Virus record (IMG/VR): IMGVR_UViG_3300031134_000596
Origin: an uncultured virus (IMG/VR IMGVR_UViG_3300031134_000596)
Taxonomy: Duplodnaviria; Heunggongvirae; Uroviricota; Caudoviricetes
Strand: one strand, 5' to 3'
DNA length: 64,000 bases
Shown here: positions 57,835-64,000 of the stretch, piece after piece
How positions within the stretch are numbered: position 1 is the first letter of the stretch
Layout of the letters: each line of letters opens with the position of its first letter
Made by a program: the position numbers and the translations under genes
Notes under the pieces: model-generated
Database searches by the model: none
Seen by the model: only the letters and a program-made list of their open reading frames with translations
What the model was told of the DNA's origin: nothing

Positions 57835-58362
57835 TTACTTCAAAGTTGTTTGAGCGTAACCGCCGACATTGTTGCCGCTTAGAGCAGTCATGTACACTTC
57901 ATAATTTAACTGGTCAGGCATCATAGAGTATTGCACTCCAACCAACGAAGGGTAACGGTTTACAACTAGTTCAGCTGGTGCTTCTTCAGGGGCAGCTTCA
58001 GGGTTTGCTTCTAACCAGCTTGTGATGTTCGCAGCTGTTGCTTCTGTATCAGCAGTTACTTCACCTTGAACTCTCATGGTGTCTTTTACCTCAGTGTACT
58101 CAGCAAATTGTTCAGGAGTGAGGTCTCTGGTTTTTGGGTCGTCTTCTGGTAAAGTTGCACCCTTTTCAGAGTACTGCTGCCAACGTTCGGCATCATGTGA
58201 GATAGGATTGTATGTTGGGTACTTTGTCTGGTCCTCTGGTGAGACCTGTTCATTAATGACATTTCCGTAGGACTCAGTAGGTGCCGGCTCTGGAGCTTCA
58301 TTAGTACAGCCAGCCAGTAAAAGCATAGGCAGGACCAGGATCGGGATAAAAATTTTCTTCAT
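57835..58362 (-). CDS. Lipoprotein
   Basis: MKK...LLLAGC lipobox; CCGATA 8 nt before ATG. Confidence 0.75.
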   Translation of the reverse strand: MKKIFIPILVLPMLLLAGCTNEAPEPAPTESYGNVINEQVSPEDQTKYPTYNPISHDAERWQQYSEKGATLPEDDPKTRDLTPEQFAEYTEVKDTMRVQGEVTADTEATAANITSWLEANPEAAPEEAPAELVVNRYPSLVGVQYSMMPDQLNYEVYMTALSGNNVGGYAQTTLK

Positions 58363-58439
58363 ACAACCATTATCGGGTTTTAGGCCGATGATGCTAGAAC
58401 AACTGATAAACTATAAATGTTGTCTATTTAGGAGAAAAT

Positions 58440-58709
58440 ATGTTCGCATTCCTTATTGTACTTTTTGCTGTCCTCGGTGGTGGGGTAGGCTTCTTGCTTT
58501 CCCGTGTCGATAACACAGCTTCTTCAGCTTTGAGATGGAAAACCATTGGGTTGGGTGTACTTGGAGGAGTTCTTATTGGTGCAGGCATTTGGTTGTCCTT
58601 CTGGCTCCTTGCCGCAGCAGTTAGATTGATTTTCTGGGTCATTCTCTTGGTGATTGCTGCTGCTGTAATTTACTTCGTGTACCGTTCGCTGAAACGTCGT
58701 TACGCATGA
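58440..58709 (+). CDS. Membrane protein
   Basis: Three TM, SD AGGAG. Confidence 0.65.
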   Translation: MFAFLIVLFAVLGGGVGFLLSRVDNTASSALRWKTIGLGVLGGVLIGAGIWLSFWLLAAAVRLIFWVILLVIAAAVIYFVYRSLKRRYA

Positions 58710-58954
58710 GTTCAGTTCGCAAAGAACTACTAAGAGGAGGGTTCGTGCTTGCAGTGATTGCTGCAGCAGGAGCCCTCCTCTTCAGCTGGAAAACATTCGC
58801 CATGCCAAGTCTATCTGCAGCATTCCTTATTGATGGAAACGCAGAAACTCAAATACAGAATTTGCTTCTCATCATGGGCATCATGCTGATTGTACTTGTC
58901 GGTCTGATCGTATGGATTACAATTCTGACAGTGAAAGTGTTTCACAAGTCTTAA
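58706..58954 (+). CDS. Membrane protein
   Basis: Two TM, ATGA overlap. Confidence 0.6.
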   Translation: MSSVRKELLRGGFVLAVIAAAGALLFSWKTFAMPSLSAAFLIDGNAETQIQNLLLIMGIMLIVLVGLIVWITILTVKVFHKS

Positions 58955-59097
58955 ACATGAAGAAGGCATACCATGAGCAAGTAAACTGGTATGCCTTCTT
59001 CGTGTTCTTTAGAGTTAACCAACCAAGGAAAGGTTCTAATACCCTTTTCGGTAGAAATGAGCGTTTCTATACAAAAAACGCACTTTATTTCTGTGAA

Positions 59098-59505
59098 TCA
59101 CCTGAATCGTTCGATTTGCGTGCTTCTACCTAAATCATGAACCTGTACAGAGAAATCTTCTGAAATTGTAGGCAGATTGGACACATTCCATACTGTAGGT
59201 CCTCCATAATCAGCTGTACACATCCCTGAATACTGCTTCAGATGAACTTCTGCTCCTGACTCATTCAAAGACACACGTTCAACTTCCGGCGGGCAGGAAG
59301 ATGAACCATAAAGGTAAAATTTGATGGTTGTGTCATCGACTTTGGTCCAGCCTGGAGTTAGCTCTGGAATATTCTCTTCAGGAAGGTGTTGAACTTTTTC
59401 GAAATCAACATCTGATACAGCTGATTCAGCTGAACATCCTGCTAAGAACAGGGTCAACCCACTGACTGTTAAAACTGTCCCGGCCACTATTTTAGAGCGT
59501 TTCAT
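59098..59505 (-). CDS. Lipoprotein (GSSSCP/CTAD type)
   Basis: LFLAGC lipobox; YGSSSCPP ... MCTAD. Confidence 0.75.
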   Translation of the reverse strand: MKRSKIVAGTVLTVSGLTLFLAGCSAESAVSDVDFEKVQHLPEENIPELTPGWTKVDDTTIKFYLYGSSSCPPEVERVSLNESGAEVHLKQYSGMCTADYGGPTVWNVSNLPTISEDFSVQVHDLGRSTQIERFR

Positions 59506-59857
59506 CAGACAGCACTTCGTAGTTGTACGAAACCTCATCCTGGTCGCTGTATGTGTCACTGATGTAGGAATCTATGTCCTCGTAGTAGAGCCATTCTTCA
59601 TCATTGGGTGAAATGAGAATGAAGCTCACGCTGTCATCCCCAGCCCCAGCTGTGATTTCTAAGACTTTACGTTCACCTTCTTCGTAGCCGGCAGAGCCAC
59701 CATAGAAGTCTTCGTCATCATCATCTGGTCGGGTGACTTCAAAGATGAAGACAGCTTCGATGATTTGGGTTATCTCTGAGTTGGCTACGGACGCAGGCAT
59801 GTCAGGGTCTGGAATAAAAGCAGTCTCTTCTTCCAGATATTCTAAAACAGTTGTCAT
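59492..59857 (-). CDS. Highly acidic hypothetical protein
   Basis: D/E-rich 121-aa ORF with SD GAAGGG. Confidence 0.6.
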   Translation of the reverse strand: MTTVLEYLEEETAFIPDPDMPASVANSEITQIIEAVFIFEVTRPDDDDEDFYGGSAGYEEGERKVLEITAGAGDDSVSFILISPNDEEWLYYEDIDSYISDTYSDQDEVSYNYEVLSDETL

Positions 59858-60119
59858 GATGTTCCCTTCGTCTTTTGCACAGTGTGGTCTTATTTGTTCG
59901 CAACCCTAAGAAAAATAGTTAGCTTTCCCCTTGAAGTATGTTTTCTCTTGTGTCCCGTTATCAGTACAAAAGCTGAGTTTTGGGTGTGAATCGCCCAAAA
60001 CTCCACGTTTAGAGGATAAAAGCAAGCCATAACACTGATTCTTCCCAAAATCTGTTAAAGTTGGTCTTGTACAACTCGCAAAGGGGAAGATGAACACTTT
60101 CTCAGGAAGGTCCGATTCT

Positions 60120-60836
60120 ATGTCTTTGAAAGCTCCTCATGTCGTAATACTCGCCGCTGGTATAGGCTCCCGTTTAGGTCGAAGCCATCCAAAATGTCTC
60201 ACCGTACTAAAAACAGGTGAGACCATTCTGCAAAGACAACTTAGACTCATCAACCAAGTCAATCCAGCATCAGTAACAATTGTGGTTGGTTTCGAAAGTG
60301 ATACAGTTCGAACTGTTGCAACCGCTTTACATCCGAACACCCTTTTCGTGGAGAACTTACAGTACAGGTTAACCAACACGTCGAAAAGTTTATTGAAAGC
60401 TCTAGAAGCGACAAACAGGCACCAAGATACTCTTTGGTTGAATGGAGATGTTGTGTTCTCAGAGACCCTCCTGCCTCAACTGTTGACTAATCTGCACTCA
60501 TCAACAGTTGGGGTAACGAACCATCAGGTTGGAGAAGAAGAAATCAAGTACACTCTTGATGAAGAAGGATGCATTGTGCAGCTTTCTAAAACAGTTCCGC
60601 TGGAAGAAGCGGAAGGTGAGGGCGTTGGAGTGAACTTTGTGCAGGCTGCAGACAGTCCACGGTTCATTGCAGCTCTGAAAGCTGTACAGGATGATGACTA
60701 TTTTGAGAAAGCTATGGAAATAACAGCATTGACAAAGCAGATCAGCTGGGTTCCATACAATTTGTCAGATGAGTCATTGACAGCCATCGAAGTCGACTTC
60801 GAAGCAGACTTGCAAGCAGCAAACGCATCCCTTTAA
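60120..60836 (+). CDS. NTP transferase (phosphocholine cytidylyltransferase LicC-like)
   Basis: ILAAGIGSRL..PKCL, TNTSKSL, WLNGDVVF, EVDFEADL. Confidence 0.9.
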   Translation: MSLKAPHVVILAAGIGSRLGRSHPKCLTVLKTGETILQRQLRLINQVNPASVTIVVGFESDTVRTVATALHPNTLFVENLQYRLTNTSKSLLKALEATNRHQDTLWLNGDVVFSETLLPQLLTNLHSSTVGVTNHQVGEEEIKYTLDEEGCIVQLSKTVPLEEAEGEGVGVNFVQAADSPRFIAALKAVQDDDYFEKAMEITALTKQISWVPYNLSDESLTAIEVDFEADLQAANASL

Positions 60837-61016
60837 CTTGAAAGAGGGCTGGAAGTTTTCTCTTCCAGCCCTCTCCTTTTGGAAAAGGAAATGCAACAGC
60901 ATCAAGGATTACGATGCCTAATGTTATACTATCAATTGATTTTCAAAGATTTGATTTTCAGCGATTTTACACCATCAACTGATAAGGTGATTATCACCTG
61001 TTGAAGAAAGAAAAGT

Positions 61017-61526
61017 ATGTCAAAAGTTGTCGAAGTAGAAGCACCAAATCTGCATCCAGATACTGTAGTGCCTCGTTTCCCTGCAACAAGGCTGACAGAC
61101 GATCATTATGCCAGCCTCCGAAGAGTTTCGAAGCTCCCTCTCGTTTCCTTCATTCTCACCATTGTCGCGTTTGTTGTAGGTCTCATCAACGCTGATTGGA
61201 TTCCAGTTCTGAATCTGCTGGCTTTAGCTTTCGCAGCACTAACAGTCTTATCCACCGTCGTATTGCTGATGTTTGTTATCCAGGCAAGGAAAAAGCAACA
61301 AGCAGCTCTGCAGTCAGCCATCCAGGTACTGCTGCCTCTAGTCCGTAAAAAGTACGACTTGGATGTCAATGCTGATTTGCTGGAATCTTTGATGTCAGGG
61401 GCGAACCTTCCGTTATTCATGCAAGGCGAGATTACTCGTGTGGGACTCCGCAATCTTCGCAAACAAGCAATTTTGGTTGTCTTTGAAACTGTTGAAGAAC
61501 CTGAAGACAGCATTACGGCTGAGTAA
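61017..61526 (+). CDS. Membrane protein (2 TM)
   Basis: Two TM then KKYDLDV. Confidence 0.6.
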   Translation: MSKVVEVEAPNLHPDTVVPRFPATRLTDDHYASLRRVSKLPLVSFILTIVAFVVGLINADWIPVLNLLALAFAALTVLSTVVLLMFVIQARKKQQAALQSAIQVLLPLVRKKYDLDVNADLLESLMSGANLPLFMQGEITRVGLRNLRKQAILVVFETVEEPEDSITAE

Positions 61527-61608
61527 CAGTTGCCGGGAGTTGCATGTTTGCAGTATCATTAGCCTGTAAGCTGTATCTGAATTGCAGATAAGATAGTATG
61601 GAGGAATA

Positions 61609-62178
61609 ATGAAGCAACATTTACACCCTGAGACATTCCCTGTCACTCCGTACACTCCTAAAGAGCTGATGGCTTTGGACTGGTTGGAGGAGGAATGGAC
61701 GAACAACCGTCTATTCGCCTGGGACGTACTGAACGATGATGCCAGTGGCTTGTCTCTGCTTGAAAGAGGAGCTGCTCCTCTGATTCCCCTCATCGTAGGT
61801 CTGGACTTGGTTCTTCTTATCCTTGCCCTGCAAGTGCAGATTCCAGTCAACGGAATGGCAGCTTTCACCAGCCCTATTGCTGTGGTTTTGGGTCTTGCCC
61901 TGATTCCTTTCGTATTGCTGGCAGCTAAAGTGAGTCGTGTAGCTAAAAGTCTTCGTAACGCAGCTGACTCTACTATCTTCAGCACTGTCGGTCGTTGGAT
62001 TAGAGCTCGTTATGGTGTATCCATCGACTTCGGAGATAACCTGGCTGACATTCTCAACGAAGAAACCGTAAGGAATGGGAAAAATGAAAACTACTACTTG
62101 GACGCTGTTGTTCGAGGAGGTAAACCTTCGTTGATTGTTCGTCAACGTGATGGTCTCGAAGCACCTGTCCTCATCTAA
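61609..62178 (+). CDS. Membrane protein (2 TM)
   Basis: Two TM then WIRARYGV; SD GGAGG. Confidence 0.6.
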   Translation: MKQHLHPETFPVTPYTPKELMALDWLEEEWTNNRLFAWDVLNDDASGLSLLERGAAPLIPLIVGLDLVLLILALQVQIPVNGMAAFTSPIAVVLGLALIPFVLLAAKVSRVAKSLRNAADSTIFSTVGRWIRARYGVSIDFGDNLADILNEETVRNGKNENYYLDAVVRGGKPSLIVRQRDGLEAPVLI

Positions 62179-62199
62179 TTCGATTAGGAGGGTTGAAAA

Positions 62200-62544
62200 A
62201 TGTATTCTGCTTATGAGGACCTTCAAAACTTGAGGAAAAGCTGGAGAACCAGCAATCCTGAACTGAAGCTGATTCTTTCATTGGAGGGTTCTGTGTTGAC
62301 TCTTCATCTGATTGAGGTCCCTGTCTTTTCCCGACGCCAAGGATACGGCAGTGAGATTATGGAGGAGTTGAGCTGTATCGCAGACCGTCATAACTTGAAG
62401 CTTGTGTGTGAACCTGATGACTCACACGGAACCTCTATGGAGGTTCTTGAGAAGTTCTACTCCCACTACGGGTTTGCATGGTCAGCTGCTGGTCTCATGA
62501 TTCGTGAACCTGCTTATTCGGATTTGTTTGCAACAGCAAGCTGA
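62200..62544 (+). CDS. GNAT family acetyltransferase
   Basis: IEVP..SRRQGYGS (motif A), LEKFYSHYGF. Confidence 0.8.
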   Translation: MYSAYEDLQNLRKSWRTSNPELKLILSLEGSVLTLHLIEVPVFSRRQGYGSEIMEELSCIADRHNLKLVCEPDDSHGTSMEVLEKFYSHYGFAWSAAGLMIREPAYSDLFATAS

Positions 62545-62557
62545 CTGTGCTACAGTT

Positions 62558-62688
62558 CAGGTAACGCCGAAAGAGCCTGCTGCTGGTTAAAGACGCAGCC
62601 CACCTCCACCTGGATAACCAGATGCAAGGTGGGCGTAAGTCTACAAAGCTTTGTAAACCCAGTGTATGCCTTCTTTCGGCGTTACTTG
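62558..62688 (+). ncRNA. Candidate stand-alone rod-shaped ncRNA (about 125 nt)
   Basis: TTGCAA-17-TACAGT promoter immediately upstream; 17-bp closing stem; nested stems; no downstream sense ORF. Confidence 0.6.
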
Positions 62689-62957
62689 TCTAACCAGTCA
62701 ATTTTATCGACATCTGACTGAAGAACAACAGTGTTTCTCATCAGAGGTATCAAATCACTGTATTCTTGCTGGGCTGCATGTGATAAGAACCTCATAGCTG
62801 TGGCGAATCCTGCCATTACTGCTGCGTTTAGTTCCTCTGCTGAGTAGGTTGAGTGCAACATTTTAAGCTTTTCAACGTCATGTTCGAGGAAAGCTTCGTA
62901 AATGCTGAGACCTAAGAGACTATTATCTTGAGCTTGCTGATAATCAGACTTGTTCAT
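62682..62957 (-). CDS. Hypothetical protein
   Basis: SD GAAGGAG. Confidence 0.6.
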   Translation of the reverse strand: MNKSDYQQAQDNSLLGLSIYEAFLEHDVEKLKMLHSTYSAEELNAAVMAGFATAMRFLSHAAQQEYSDLIPLMRNTVVLQSDVDKIDWLDK

Positions 62958-63082
62958 GTGAATCTCCTTCGTATAGTAGTTATATCATAACAGACAGCAG
63001 AGAACAGAACAACAAACGCTAACACCAGGGTGGCCAGACAACAGCCGATATTTTGTAGGTACATGCAGATCGAAAGGCACCC

Positions 63083-63541
63083 ATGGATGACATCATTCAG
63101 TTCACTACTCTTACGCAGTCAATTTTGACTGTTGGGGCTGGAGCTTTAGTCATTCTGTTGATTGCTTCAGCCATCTGGTACTACCTACGTAAACGCAAAA
63201 CAGGGTCAGAAAAGTCCCGTTTTCGTTCAACAATAGTTGGTGTTCTTATCGGCGTAGTGGTACTTGCTGTAACTGTTACCGGCGGGGTGTACCTGAACAA
63301 CACCAGCAACAACAACACTCTTCGTGAAGCTTTAGAGAACCAAGACGTTTCGGTTACTGCAACAGAATTCGAGACCCTCAAAACTGGTCGTACCATAGAA
63401 AAAGGGGATGACACCGTAACTTTGGTACCGCTAGATAACAAATCACAGACTTACGAACTGGTCGTTCTTCCTAAAGATACCAGCGTTGAAGAGCCAGAAG
63501 ACCTTGATGATATCCTCACCCCTGAGGATTCATCAAACTAA
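63083..63541 (+). CDS. Membrane protein (2 TM)
   Basis: SD GAAAGG; upstream GCCGATA. Confidence 0.65.
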   Translation: MDDIIQFTTLTQSILTVGAGALVILLIASAIWYYLRKRKTGSEKSRFRSTIVGVLIGVVVLAVTVTGGVYLNNTSNNNTLREALENQDVSVTATEFETLKTGRTIEKGDDTVTLVPLDNKSQTYELVVLPKDTSVEEPEDLDDILTPEDSSN

Positions 63542-63584
63542 TCTTTTAGTTGCAGTTTGTTCTAAAAAATGATATCGTTGTTCC

Positions 63585-64000
63585 ATGACGAAACTTTTCT
63601 TAGACTTTGACGGGGTGGTGAACTTCGAAGGATCACGCTCTGCGTATCGTAAAAACAGAGACACTCTTGGTTACCTGCAGCAGGATGTGGTTCATAGTCG
63701 TCTGGGAATCTTTCGTATCAACTACTCGGCGGAACTTGTCCGTAAATTGAACTCTGCCCACACTGCTCATGGTTTTGAATGGCTGTGGCTTACCACTTGG
63801 GTGAATGAAGCAAAGACACTTCTGGACCCTCAGTTGAGTTCCCATTCAGATGGTTCCGTGGATTGGGACCCTCACAGCCGTCTCGGAGTTGACTACCAAG
63901 ACACTCGTGCTTCCCGCAAATATGAAGCACTTAAGGAGTCTTATGACGGAGAACCTTTCGTGTGGGTTGATGATGAAGCAACAGTTAAGTTCGATGCTGC
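63585..64000 (+). CDS. HAD-superfamily protein (HAD_SAK type), runs off the window end
   Basis: Manual translation MTKLFLDFDGVVN ... WLWLTTW ... FVWVDDE. Confidence 0.85.
   Translation, partial: MTKLFLDFDGVVNFEGSRSAYRKNRDTLGYLQQDVVHSRLGIFRINYSAELVRKLNSAHTAHGFEWLWLTTWVNEAKTLLDPQLSSHSDGSVDWDPHSRLGVDYQDTRASRKYEALKESYDGEPFVWVDDEATVKFDA

Noticed and set aside
1..64000. tRNA, rRNA, CRISPR array, transposase, integrase, rep or virion genes
   Set aside because: None recognised by eye, so plasmid versus phage cannot be settled from this window

Overview
This gene-dense, moderately AT-rich window switches strand often and looks like part of a very large mobile replicon (giant plasmid or jumbo-phage-like element) of an actinobacterial, probably Micrococcales-type, host. 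It has no rRNA, tRNA, CRISPR, integrase, rep or virion genes. Most of the roughly 100 genes are short orphans or tandem paralogs. Recognisable cargo includes adenylate kinase, thymidine kinase, Thg1-like tRNA-His guanylyltransferase, an RNase H domain, NERD nuclease, a nucleotidyltransferase, an R2K-type ATP-grasp protein, a PcfJ-like protein, an ExE-type ADP-ribosyltransferase, an LLM oxidoreductase, a methyltransferase, AIM24, M23 peptidase, LCP, a LicC-like NTP transferase, GNAT, two HAD proteins and RCC1-repeat surface proteins. The best leads are: (1) a natural loop-less uS10/NusE homolog; (2) two tandem paralogs, each behind a perfect sigmaA promoter, an amber-ending uORF and a conserved SD-sequestering hairpin; (3) two promoter-driven candidate ncRNAs, one rod-like and one carrying anti-Shine-Dalgarno CU tracts; (4) a second promoter class (CCGATA) in front of mostly envelope genes; (5) pilin-like constant N-termini fused to variable adhesin-like domains; (6) a Cys/His N-terminal tag on unrelated proteins plus several ART-fold proteins. 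All family calls come from motifs recognised by eye, not from database searches.
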